This document shows positions 16,828 to 24,761 of a DNA stretch of 32,000 bases, piece after piece (position 1 is the stretch's first letter; every line of letters starts with the position of its first letter). The notes under the pieces are model-generated. The model saw only the letters and a program-made list of their open reading frames with translations. It did not search any database and was not told the DNA's origin. The DNA lies in contig CP126532.1 in NCBI GenBank assembly GCA_030167145.1, forward strand, positions 3,600,001-3,632,000, given 5' to 3'. This DNA is from Ktedonobacterales bacterium. GTDB lineage: Bacteria; Chloroflexota; Ktedonobacteria; Ktedonobacterales; JADMIN01. A program made the translations under genes and the position numbers.

Positions 16828-18855
16828 TCAGGGATGATAGTAAATGGCGAAGTCCCCCACCTGCGCCCGAATATAGCCGTCATGTGGCAGCCCTTCCTGG
16901 GCTGCGAAGTCGGCGAATCCGCGGTCTACCGGCGTGCCAGCAGGCAGAATATATGCGGGATGCGGCGTCCCAGCGAGCAGGCGCTCATAGGGTGGATAGC
17001 GGTTATTTATCAGGTGCAGTTGCGGCTCGCCATTCTGCCCGCGAATGGCGCACAGGATGCGCTCATTGCTCTCAAAGGCGATGCGATAGCAGGTCCAATA
17101 GTCGCTGTAATAGCGGGTGATGCCGTGCGCGTCGAGGAAGGCGATGAGCCGCTGGTCGTCGCTGGTGGTGGGCAGGCCGAAGCGGTTGGCATCGCCTGAG
17201 TAGGCCAGGGTAACAGTTGCGCCCGCCAGATTCAGCGACAGCAGCAGCGCAATTGCCGCCATCGCGACCCATGCGCCGATGCTCTTGCGCGATGCTGCGC
17301 CCGCCGTGGCTGCGGACGAGGTTGCGCCAGCCAGCCCCACGCGGTCTGTCAACCAGTGTCCCACTGGGACCGCCCATCTCCACAGTTGGCCGAAGAGCAG
17401 CGGCACGGTCAGATAGAGCGGGATCAGGTAACGCACAGCGGTGAATTGATTGATCTGGGCGTCGCTGCTGAGCGTATACGCGGCCAGAGTGAAGAGCGCA
17501 ATGCCCAGCAACATCGCCCGCAGCCACAGCCGCGCCGCCACTTCGCGGTCGAGCGCAGGCACAGCGGCAGGCGCGGTCTCGGTTGGTCCTGTTGATCCTG
17601 TTGGTCCTGTTGATCCTGTTGATCCTGTTGGTCCCGCGCGCAACAGTCCGCGCCGTGCGAACCAGCCGCGCAGCGCCGTGCCACGTGCGGGCAGCGTGCG
17701 CAGCCAGAGCCGCAGGGCCAGCAGCAGCGCCCACAGCGCCGAGAGATAGACGCCCAGAATGCCGAGCGAGAAGAGGATGTTCGCGCCTTGGCAAGCGCTG
17801 ACACTGGGGAGTTCGCGGATCAGCGTGGGTGGATACCAGTTCCAGACATTGCCCTGGGAGACACAGACGCGCGGGCTGCCGTAGGTGATGGGAATGGCGA
17901 CGGCCAGCGTTTCGCCGATCTGCCGCTGCCATTGATCCAGTGGCGGCAGCGCGTGGCCCTGCCCTGGCAGGCTGCGTTGCTCCTCGATCTGGGCGAAGGT
18001 GGCGTTATTGTTGGTCAGGTTGAACTGGAGCAGGGGGAACGCGCCGAGACAAAAGCCCAGCACCAGCGCGAGGCCGCAACGCGAAAAAACCTCACGGGTG
18101 CGCCCGGCGACCAGGGCGACGCCGCTGACCAGCAGCACCGGCAAGATCAGCAGATCCGACCAGAGGCCCAGCCCGGCGGCGAAGCCGAGTCCGGCGTAGA
18201 TCGCCAGCAGCCGCAGCCAGCCGCGCCGGTTCGTCGGGCGCGCATCAGGACGCCGCAGCCGATCCCACACACCCAGCAACAGCACTGCGGCCAGCAGCAG
18301 CATCTCTTGATGCCCACCATCCGCCACCAACTCGCGGATCAGCGCATAGGGCGGCCCGAAGGCGAGCCAGGCCAGCGCGAGCAGCCCGACGACACGCCCG
18401 TAGGCGGCGCGCCCCAGCGCATACACGGCGACGAAGAAGCCGAGGACGAGCAGCAGCACCGGCAGCCGCAGCGCGAAGAGCGACGAGCCGAAGACGGCGA
18501 AGATACCAGCCGCGAAGTACGCCTGCAACGTGCCCAGGTAGAACTGGCCCCAGAAGAAATTAGGATATTCGCCATTGTGCAGGATGTGGCGCGCCATCAG
18601 GCCGACGACGGCTTCATCGCTATCCAGCGACGGCCAGCCGCGCAGCAGCAAGATCAACCGGAAGAGCGCGGCGACAGCGAGCAGCGCGAAGGCGATACGG
18701 AAGGCCAGCCGCGCCGCGCGCCCATTGCCCGCGCCACCCGCGCCCGCTGCGCCACCCGCCCGTGGACAAGGCGCGCTTTCACGCGGCTGCTCTGTGGCGG
18801 CCTCACGCTGCTTGCGCGCTATCTCATGTGGCAGCGCCTCTGCTGGCCCGCGCAT
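16828..18855 (-). CDS. ArnT/PMT-like GT-C membrane glycosyltransferase
   Basis: First-loop motif LDSDEAVVGLMARHILHNGEYPNFFWGQFYLGTLQAY, many TM segments and a C-terminal soluble domain. ATG at 18855 has AGGAG 6 nt upstream; the track start at 19092 adds an Arg-rich extension. Confidence 0.75.
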   Translation of the reverse strand: MRGPAEALPHEIARKQREAATEQPRESAPCPRAGGAAGAGGAGNGRAARLAFRIAFALLAVAALFRLILLLRGWPSLDSDEAVVGLMARHILHNGEYPNFFWGQFYLGTLQAYFAAGIFAVFGSSLFALRLPVLLLVLGFFVAVYALGRAAYGRVVGLLALAWLAFGPPYALIRELVADGGHQEMLLLAAVLLLGVWDRLRRPDARPTNRRGWLRLLAIYAGLGFAAGLGLWSDLLILPVLLVSGVALVAGRTREVFSRCGLALVLGFCLGAFPLLQFNLTNNNATFAQIEEQRSLPGQGHALPPLDQWQRQIGETLAVAIPITYGSPRVCVSQGNVWNWYPPTLIRELPSVSACQGANILFSLGILGVYLSALWALLLALRLWLRTLPARGTALRGWFARRGLLRAGPTGSTGSTGPTGSTGPTETAPAAVPALDREVAARLWLRAMLLGIALFTLAAYTLSSDAQINQFTAVRYLIPLYLTVPLLFGQLWRWAVPVGHWLTDRVGLAGATSSAATAGAASRKSIGAWVAMAAIALLLSLNLAGATVTLAYSGDANRFGLPTTSDDQRLIAFLDAHGITRYYSDYWTCYRIAFESNERILCAIRGQNGEPQLHLINNRYPPYERLLAGTPHPAYILPAGTPVDRGFADFAAQEGLPHDGYIRAQVGDFAIYYHP
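17583..17636. repeat. six tandem 9-bp units (TTGRTCCYG) inside the GT-C gene, encoding (G-P/S-T)6
   Basis: ttggtcctg ttgatcctg ttggtcctg ttgatcctg ttgatcctg ttggtcccg. The minus-strand translation is GPTGSTGSTGPTGSTGPT. Confidence 0.95.
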
Positions 18856-19124
18856 CTGCGGCTCCTGGATACTCTGCTGAACGGCATGTACGGCGATATG
18901 TATAGACATCTTCGCACCGCGCAGAGCGAGTGCCAGCGTGGCACGGGCGCGCGGACGAAGACCCACGTCTGGGCCGTGCCCAATTATAGCAGTTGGCGCT
19001 CGTAGGGGGACTCGCCGGAATGCCCGTTCCTGGATGTGTTTCCGCGCCGACTCCACACAGCTACGCAACTGCATCCGCGTACACCTTACCACTGGCCCAC
19101 AGAGCTATGTATCGGCTCCGCGCA

Positions 19125-20198
19125 TTACGGCGTCGTGGTGGGCGTGGTCTCCGGCGTGGTCGTCGGCTCGGTTGTGGGTGTGTTGGTTGGCGTAAGCGGG
19201 CTACCGACCGGAACCGGCGCGAACGTCTGATACCCCGCCTGCATCGAGAAGTTGAAGTCGCCGCTGCACCCCGAATCGCTGAGCCAGTATTGCCAGAGCG
19301 CCGCTCGCTGCCCGCCGAAGCTGGCATGCTGAACCGTCGCGATCCAGCCGTCGCGCACAGGGGTGAGCGTGTCGCAGGTGGGATCGCACGGCGCACACAT
19401 CGTTCCCGCCAGTTCGCCGCCCGCCAACCAGTAGACGAACGGCACCTTGGGCGCATAGTCGGCGGGAAACCAGTTATCGCGGCAGTAATTGCTGATGTAG
19501 ACGCCAGGGACGTATTGCGCGCTGGCAATCGTTTCGAGGAAGCCGTTGAGCAGCGCCACATTCTGATCGGGGGTCGTGCCATCCCAGCCGCCAAAGCCAT
19601 ACTCCACATCGGCGAAGAGCGTATGGCCGCCGATGCCCGGAAGCTGGCTGATCGCCTGAAGCGCGGCGAGCGCCTGCTGCTTGCCATATTCGTAGGGGTC
19701 GGTGGGTGTGGGCACACTGCTGTCGCCGCCAGCCGGACCGCTCAATCCCCAGTAGCCGTGCGTGAAGTCGGGGCCAACCTGTGCGGCGGTGGCAGGATCG
19801 AAGCAATCGAGACCATACGCGCCCGCGCCCACCTCGGCGATATAAAACTGCAACGGCATGCTCGCGCCCATCGCATTGACCAGTGACGTGCAGCTATCCA
19901 CGCCGAAGAAGCCCATGCCACCAAACGGCGTAGATGCCATCGCGTGCGCGATGCGCGGGATGACGAAGCCGCCCGTCGCGGCGGCGGCCCCAGCGGCAAA
20001 AACTGCCCCCGCGAACTTCAGAAAGCCGCGCCGGTCCATGCCGAAGTGCGCGATATGCTTGTCGGTCGCCCCATTCTTCTTCGCGACTTCCAGGTACGAG
20101 GCGGAACAATTCAGGCAGCCCTCGTCGTATTTCTTGGCGGCGGTTTCCAGCGCCTTCTCGCGCACTTCCGCCGGATTGCGATGACGGATTCTGCCCAT
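19125..20198 (-). CDS. Tat-exported DUF1906/Rv2525c-like (glycoside-hydrolase-like) protein with a Thr/Pro-rich C-terminal tail
   Basis: Twin-arginine motif DRRGFLKF plus an h-region and AHA cleavage-type site. Core contains TLFADVEYGFGGW. Tail is PTNTPTTEPTTTPETTPTTTP. ATG at 20198 has a G-rich stretch upstream and gives a 53-aa coding-like extension before the Tat motif. Alternative starts are 20039 and 20264. Confidence 0.65.
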   Translation of the reverse strand: MGRIRHRNPAEVREKALETAAKKYDEGCLNCSASYLEVAKKNGATDKHIAHFGMDRRGFLKFAGAVFAAGAAAATGGFVIPRIAHAMASTPFGGMGFFGVDSCTSLVNAMGASMPLQFYIAEVGAGAYGLDCFDPATAAQVGPDFTHGYWGLSGPAGGDSSVPTPTDPYEYGKQQALAALQAISQLPGIGGHTLFADVEYGFGGWDGTTPDQNVALLNGFLETIASAQYVPGVYISNYCRDNWFPADYAPKVPFVYWLAGGELAGTMCAPCDPTCDTLTPVRDGWIATVQHASFGGQRAALWQYWLSDSGCSGDFNFSMQAGYQTFAPVPVGSPLTPTNTPTTEPTTTPETTPTTTP

Positions 20199-20615
20199 AG
20201 CCCCCCTACTTTCGATCCCCGCCAGAGCGTGCTGGTTCTTGTGTTGCAACTGCGAGGGTAACATAGCGATTGGACTGGCAGAAAACCACTAGCCAAAAAT
20301 GGTCCCATGTGATGGCCCTTCAGGCGGCGCAAGGGGTTGTGGGACGCATACCGGCCTCTACCTGCGCCCAATCGGACGCGCTCAGCAATGCCGCCTCTGT
20401 TTGCACATACGTTCAAGATAGCTGATGCGTTGCGCAAAAGCGGGCAACAGCGGGAGAAAGGCATGCCAACTACGCAATAGTGCCGGTTCCCACACTGGTC
20501 GCAATTGCCAAGCGAGGTGAATAGATGTATACTCTTCGTAGAATTGCGGTAATTCCTGAGCGCGTGACAGTTCACACTGAAGCGCGCTTCAATCCAGAGG
20601 GGGTACAATAACGAT

Positions 20616-20993
20616 GTGGCCGCGTACCGCGCGAGCGTCATCAGCTCCACGTTCGAGGGGGTCATCGTATTTACACTCCTCGCCATCGGCGCTGGCGCGT
20701 TGGCGGGCGCACTGGCTGGCCTCGTCGAGCGCGGCACATTCCGCGACCTGTTGAGTCAGGCGCCGCAACCCGGCTACCCACCACAACCAACTCAGCCGAC
20801 TCAGCCGACTCAGCCATCAACGGGCTACCCGCCACAATCTGGCTTCCCACAACCAACTCAGCCAACTCAGCCACCAGCGGGCTATGTGCCCACAAACCAA
20901 CCCATGCCTGGCTACCCACCGGCAGGCGCGCCGCCATATGCGCCTCCTTCAGCGCCGCAACCGCCGCAGCCGGGGGAGACACCTCCAAGCTAG
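20616..20993 (+). CDS. small single-TM protein with a Pro/Gln-rich repetitive tail
   Basis: GAGGGGG lies about 10 nt upstream of GTG 20616. TM helix VIVFTLLAIGAGALAGALAGLV is followed by (PTQ)n / GYPP repeats. No homologue is recognised. Confidence 0.55.
   Translation: MAAYRASVISSTFEGVIVFTLLAIGAGALAGALAGLVERGTFRDLLSQAPQPGYPPQPTQPTQPTQPSTGYPPQSGFPQPTQPTQPPAGYVPTNQPMPGYPPAGAPPYAPPSAPQPPQPGETPPS
20790..20873. repeat. two blocks of 9-bp tandem repeats (ACTCAGCCR) encoding PTQ repeats
   Basis: Three units at 20790-20816 and two units at 20856-20873. The 17-mer CCACAACCAACTCAGCC also occurs twice (20781 and 20848). Confidence 0.9.
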
Positions 20994-21188
20994 CCCAAGC
21001 GATGAATGGGTACGATCCCTGGCATTCCATGCGGCATGCACAGAAACCCTGCACACCGTATAGGTCAAGAGGCATTCTGGCTTATACGGCGTTTTCTGCG
21101 CCTTGCGCGATCAGTGTATAATTGCCTCAGCAGAATTGCGTAGCGCCCGGATGTGGTGGCGATTGCGGGTGATCTGAGGAGGGGCATC

Positions 21189-22274
21189 GTGAGAACTGGA
21201 CGGAGGCTGCCACCAGCGCTGGTGGCGCTTACGGGGGTGGTGGCCCTGCTGCTGGTGCTGGCGGGCTGTGGCGGTGGTCAGCGCACCGGGAAACGCGCCC
21301 CCACAGGGACGCCCGTTGCTAGCACCACAGGCACGCCCGGCGGCAGCGGCGGAGCGAATTGCGCGAATGCGCCCAAACCGACGGGGCACGGGCCGCTCAA
21401 GGGCATCTACCAATTCACCGGCGCGCCCCAGGTCAATAATCCGGCGTTGAGCGGCGGTGTGGTCATTCGCTATTGGGCGGATATCGAGCCAGCCGAAGGG
21501 CAGTATAACTGGTCATCGCTGGATGCGGCAATCGCGCAGTGGACGGCGGCCTGCAAGAAAGTGATCGTGCGCATTCCCTTCGCGTCGAGCAACGATCCCA
21601 CCGGCAGCCCGACCCCGCAGTGGGTCTACGCCGCTGGCGTGCCGAAGGTCGTTACCGGCAATGGCACAGTCTATCCCGTCTACTGGAACAGCGCCTTCCT
21701 GGCAAAGCTGAAGGATTTCATCACCGCGTTTGGCGCGCGTTATGACGGCAATCCCAACATCCTCTACGTCAACGCCGCGACCGGCAACGACGGCGAAACG
21801 ATTGTGGAGGGCAAAGCCCCCGGTGGGCAGCAGAATGGCGACACCAAGCTGCAAGCGTGGCAGGCAATGGGCTACAGCGATGCGCTCTGGTTCAGCACGA
21901 TCCAGCAGATCTGGGGTTTCTATACGTCCGCATTTCACCACACGCCGCTCGCCGTGCAGGTGGACGAGACGTTCATCGGCGGCACGCCCGGCTACGACAC
22001 CGCGACGGCGCTCTCCGCCGCGACCAGCGCGGGCCTCTGGTTGCAAAATGATGGCGAATATCCAGGGCACCGCCCCGGCGAGGCGCAGTGGTATCAGACG
22101 ACGCTGATTCTGGAGCCAGGGCAGAACTCGAAGCAGCAAGGGCAGACACTCGCGGCGAACCTGCAAAATATGGTGAGTCTCGGCGCGACCTACGCCCTCG
22201 TCTTCGGCTCCGACCTGAACGACCCCGCCAACCAGCAGGCGCTGGCGACCTACGCGGCGCAGGTCTCGCCGTAG
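21189..22274 (+). CDS. lipoprotein, glycoside-hydrolase-like TIM-barrel protein (GH42/GH5-like N-terminal signature)
   Basis: Lipobox LLLVLAGCGGG. YWADIEPAEGQYNWSSLDAAI resembles the W-x-x-EP-x-x-G-x-Y-x-W...LD block of clan GH-A enzymes. GTG at 21189 has GAGGAGG 6-7 nt upstream. Confidence 0.6.
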   Translation: MRTGRRLPPALVALTGVVALLLVLAGCGGGQRTGKRAPTGTPVASTTGTPGGSGGANCANAPKPTGHGPLKGIYQFTGAPQVNNPALSGGVVIRYWADIEPAEGQYNWSSLDAAIAQWTAACKKVIVRIPFASSNDPTGSPTPQWVYAAGVPKVVTGNGTVYPVYWNSAFLAKLKDFITAFGARYDGNPNILYVNAATGNDGETIVEGKAPGGQQNGDTKLQAWQAMGYSDALWFSTIQQIWGFYTSAFHHTPLAVQVDETFIGGTPGYDTATALSAATSAGLWLQNDGEYPGHRPGEAQWYQTTLILEPGQNSKQQGQTLAANLQNMVSLGATYALVFGSDLNDPANQQALATYAAQVSP

Positions 22275-22284
22275 CATTGAAGCG

Positions 22285-22293
22285 TGCTACAAT
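22285..22293 (+). promoter_or_regulatory. extended -10 promoter candidate for hicAB (TGcTACAAT)
   Basis: TG at 22285-22286, one spacer nucleotide, then TACAAT at 22288-22293, which is 24 nt upstream of the hicA ATG. Confidence 0.45.
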
Positions 22294-22316
22294 GAGTTTG
22301 CTGAAAGGAAGAGAGA

Positions 22317-22538
22317 ATGCCGCGCAAGCTACGCGAGCTGCGTGCGGACTTGCGACGTAATGGGTGGCATATTGCCAGGCAGCGTGGTAGCCATGAGACG
22401 TGGAAACACCCGCTGATACCGGGAAAGAGTGCCACACTAGCGGGAAAAGACGGGGCAGACGCAAAGCCTTATCAGGAGCAAGAAATCGCTGCGGCTGTAG
22501 AAGCGGCCCGTGCGGTGCGGAAGGGGCAGCAACCATGA
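22317..22538 (+). CDS. hicA: type II toxin, HicA family mRNA interferase
   Basis: MPRKLRELRADLRRNGWHIARQRGSHETWKHP carries the HicA GSH motif. GGAAGAGAGA RBS is present. Its stop overlaps the next start (ATGA). Confidence 0.85.
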   Translation: MPRKLRELRADLRRNGWHIARQRGSHETWKHPLIPGKSATLAGKDGADAKPYQEQEIAAAVEAARAVRKGQQP

Positions 22539-22777
22539 GTGAGAGCCAACGCTATTCAATGGTCATTCACTGGTCAGATGAAGACCAGGCGTATCTCGTG
22601 ACATTGCCCGAATGGCAAGACCGCCTGATCGGGCCTGCCGTGACGCATGGCGACACCTACGAGCAAGCCGCCAGGCATGGGCGAGAAGTGTTGGACATGC
22701 TAATCGAGGATGCGCTTGCGAGCGGTGAGCCGCTGCCCGAACCCAATGTACACCCCACCGCACCAGCACGCACCTAA
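22535..22777 (+). CDS. hicB: HicB-family antitoxin, short form (UPF0150-like domain only)
   Basis: YSMVIHWSDEDQAYLVTLPEWQDRLIGPAVTHGDTYEQAARHGREVLDMLIEDALASGEPLPEP. It is translationally coupled to hicA. No C-terminal RHH/HTH segment is visible. Confidence 0.8.
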   Translation: MSESQRYSMVIHWSDEDQAYLVTLPEWQDRLIGPAVTHGDTYEQAARHGREVLDMLIEDALASGEPLPEPNVHPTAPART

Positions 22778-22785
22778 ACACACGC

Positions 22786-24054
22786 TTAAGATTGCATGCT
22801 CTTTGCCAGCGACAGCAGATATTCCTCGTTGCTGCTGGTCTTGCTCATCTGCGTAATCAGCCGCTCCGTCGCCTCGATGCCGTCCTGCTCGGCCAGCGTC
22901 GCGAAGAGACGCCGCATGACGATCACCGCGCGCAGCACTTCCGGGTCCAGCAGCAGTTCTTCACGCCGCGTGCCCGATTTGAGGATGTCTATCGCCGGGA
23001 AGATACGGCGCTCGGAGAGCTTGCGGTCGAGGGTAATTTCCATGTTGCCGGTGCCCTTGAACTCCTCGTAGATCACGTCATCCATGCGGCTGTTCGTGTC
23101 TATTAGCACCGTGGCGATAATCGTCAGCGAGCCGCCCTCCTCCACATTGCGCGCCGCGCCGATGAAGCGACGCGGCGGATTGATCGCGGCGGGGTCGAGT
23201 CCGCCGGAGAGTGTGCGCCCGCTGGGTGAGATGGCCAGGTTATAGCCGCGCGTCAGCCGCGTGATGCTATCCAACAGCACCACCACATGCCGCCCTGCCT
23301 CCACCAGCCGCTTGGCGCGTTCCAGCACCATCTCGGCTACACGGCGATGTGTATCCGCCGGTTCATCGAAGGTGGAACTGAACACCTCGCCATCCACGCT
23401 GCGGCGCATATCGGTCACTTCTTCGGGCCGCTCGCCGATCAGCGCCACCATCAGATGTAGGTCGCGGTAATTGGCGGTGAGCGAGTTGGCGATGGTCTTG
23501 AGGATCACCGTCTTGCCAGCCTTGGGCGGCGCGACAATCAGCCCGCGCTGGCCGCGTCCGATAGGGGCGATCAGGTCAATCAGCCGCCCCGTAAGGTTGC
23601 TGGCGTCCGTTTCCAGTTTGTACATCTCGCGGGGAAAGATTGGCGTCAGATTGTCGAAGTACGGGCGCCGCTTCGCGGCGTCCGGGTCAATGCCGTTGAC
23701 GGCCTCAACGCGCAGCAGACTGTAGTATTTCTCGTTCTCTTTCGGCGGGCGCACCTGCCCCGCCACGACATCGCCGGTGCGCAACCCAAAGCGGCGGATC
23801 TGCGTCTGTGACACATAGACATCGGTCGGCCCCGGCAGCACACCATTCTGGCGCAAGAAGCCAAAGCCATCCTCGACAATGTCAAGCATGCCGCTGCTGA
23901 ACGTATTCCCCTGGCGCTCGGTCTCGGCTTGCAAGAGACGGAAGATGAGATCCTGCTTTTTCAGCGTACTATAGCCAGAAAGCTCATGTTCACGCGCGAG
24001 TTCACGCAATTCTGGTAGTGTTCTGGTTTCCAATTCAGTGATGTTGATGCTCAT
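22786..24054 (-). CDS. rho: transcription termination factor Rho
   Basis: Rho_N ([30 protein letters not shown]), a cold-shock-like RNA-binding domain, Walker A APPKAGKT and a full ATPase core. ATG at 24054 gives the canonical N-terminus; the upstream 95 codons of the track ORF are leader. Confidence 0.95.
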   Translation of the reverse strand: MSINITELETRTLPELRELAREHELSGYSTLKKQDLIFRLLQAETERQGNTFSSGMLDIVEDGFGFLRQNGVLPGPTDVYVSQTQIRRFGLRTGDVVAGQVRPPKENEKYYSLLRVEAVNGIDPDAAKRRPYFDNLTPIFPREMYKLETDASNLTGRLIDLIAPIGRGQRGLIVAPPKAGKTVILKTIANSLTANYRDLHLMVALIGERPEEVTDMRRSVDGEVFSSTFDEPADTHRRVAEMVLERAKRLVEAGRHVVVLLDSITRLTRGYNLAISPSGRTLSGGLDPAAINPPRRFIGAARNVEEGGSLTIIATVLIDTNSRMDDVIYEEFKGTGNMEITLDRKLSERRIFPAIDILKSGTRREELLLDPEVLRAVIVMRRLFATLAEQDGIEATERLITQMSKTSSNEEYLLSLAKSMQS

Positions 24055-24357
24055 AGCAAATGGTGGGCGTCCGGCGCTGGGGGCCACACGCGCGAGCGCG
24101 GGGAATGCCGGAAAGGGGGCAGCGCCCAGGCTCCTTTCGGATGCAGTGAATAAGCTGCTCGTTGAGAACGCGGATGGTACCGCGAGAGCAGAAAGCATTG
24201 TTGCGGGTACAAACCAGCGATGACGGAAGTGAAGTGTACAGGTCTGGGAGATCGGATGCGTTGAAGGAGGATGCGGTGCTCGTGACAGCGGGAGTGGGGC
24301 CGTCCGGTAGCGGGTGAGCAATGCGTACTCCACCTGCATGAGCAGGCGTTCCTACAC

Positions 24358-24366
24358 TGTATATCA
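24358..24366 (-). promoter_or_regulatory. extended -10 promoter candidate for rho (TGaTATACA on the minus strand)
   Basis: Minus-strand TG at 24366-24365, one spacer nucleotide, then TATACA at 24363-24358. This implies a rho leader of about 300 nt. Confidence 0.35.
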
Positions 24367-24407
24367 TGGTTCCCTGGCTGGTGTCAAGCGTTTGGATACA
24401 AGTTGGC

Positions 24408-24437
24408 TTGACGCGCTGGCGGCAGAGGTGCTATCAT
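24408..24437 (+). promoter_or_regulatory. strong sigma70-type promoter (TTGACG-N18-TGcTATCAT)
   Basis: -35 TTGACG at 24408-24413 and an 18-nt spacer whose last three bases are TGc, then -10 TATCAT at 24432-24437. An ATG starts exactly 7 nt after the -10 hexamer. Confidence 0.55.
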
Positions 24438-24761
24438 CGCACCCATGCGATACCTTGTGTTTGGCCACTCGTCCAGCGGCCAGTTTCGACGCTACGGCAC
24501 CAATAAGACAGGCACATTCGCCGCGTAAGCCCCGGCGCACTCGCTTACGCGGCGGAGAGATGCCCGCGCCGCTCCCTGCCCTTCGCCGTGTCTCGCGCGG
24601 CGAGCTACCATAATTCACCAGCGGCGCGCTCCCACTCCTCTCCGTCTCATTCGCCCACGCTCTGCGTATCCCGACTACACAATTCGTTGTGTACTCCCGC
24701 GCCGGACACCTCTCACCATCCGTTCGCTGTATGTTGCATTCTCCGAGAGGCGCCCATCCGC

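Noticed and set aside
17788-19886. 405-aa and 297-aa + strand ORFs (17788-19005 and 18993-19886).
   Set aside because: They lie antisense to the ArnT-like GT-C and DUF1906-like genes. Their composition is Arg/Gln/Pro-rich with no domains, and the opposite-strand genes carry clear family motifs.
20111-20737. A 208-aa minus-strand ORF spanning the divergent intergenic region between the DUF1906-like and PQ-repeat genes.
   Set aside because: It overlaps the starts of two better-supported genes, crosses the lower-GC promoter region, and has a Cys/Arg/Asn-rich translation with no motif.
17583-20873. Short tandem repeats (9-bp units at 17583-17636 and 20790-20873), considered as possible CRISPR or other non-coding arrays.
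   Set aside because: The units are contiguous with no spacers, they are far too short, and they lie in frame inside ORFs encoding G-X-T and P-T-Q repeats. No cas genes are present.
24055-24339. The 95-codon N-terminal extension of rho, and the 58-codon extension of the MFS ORF (24588-24761).
   Set aside because: The canonical Rho_N domain starts at Met 24054. The MFS has a better RBS and ATG at 24762. The upstream parts overlap promoter and leader elements and look non-coding.
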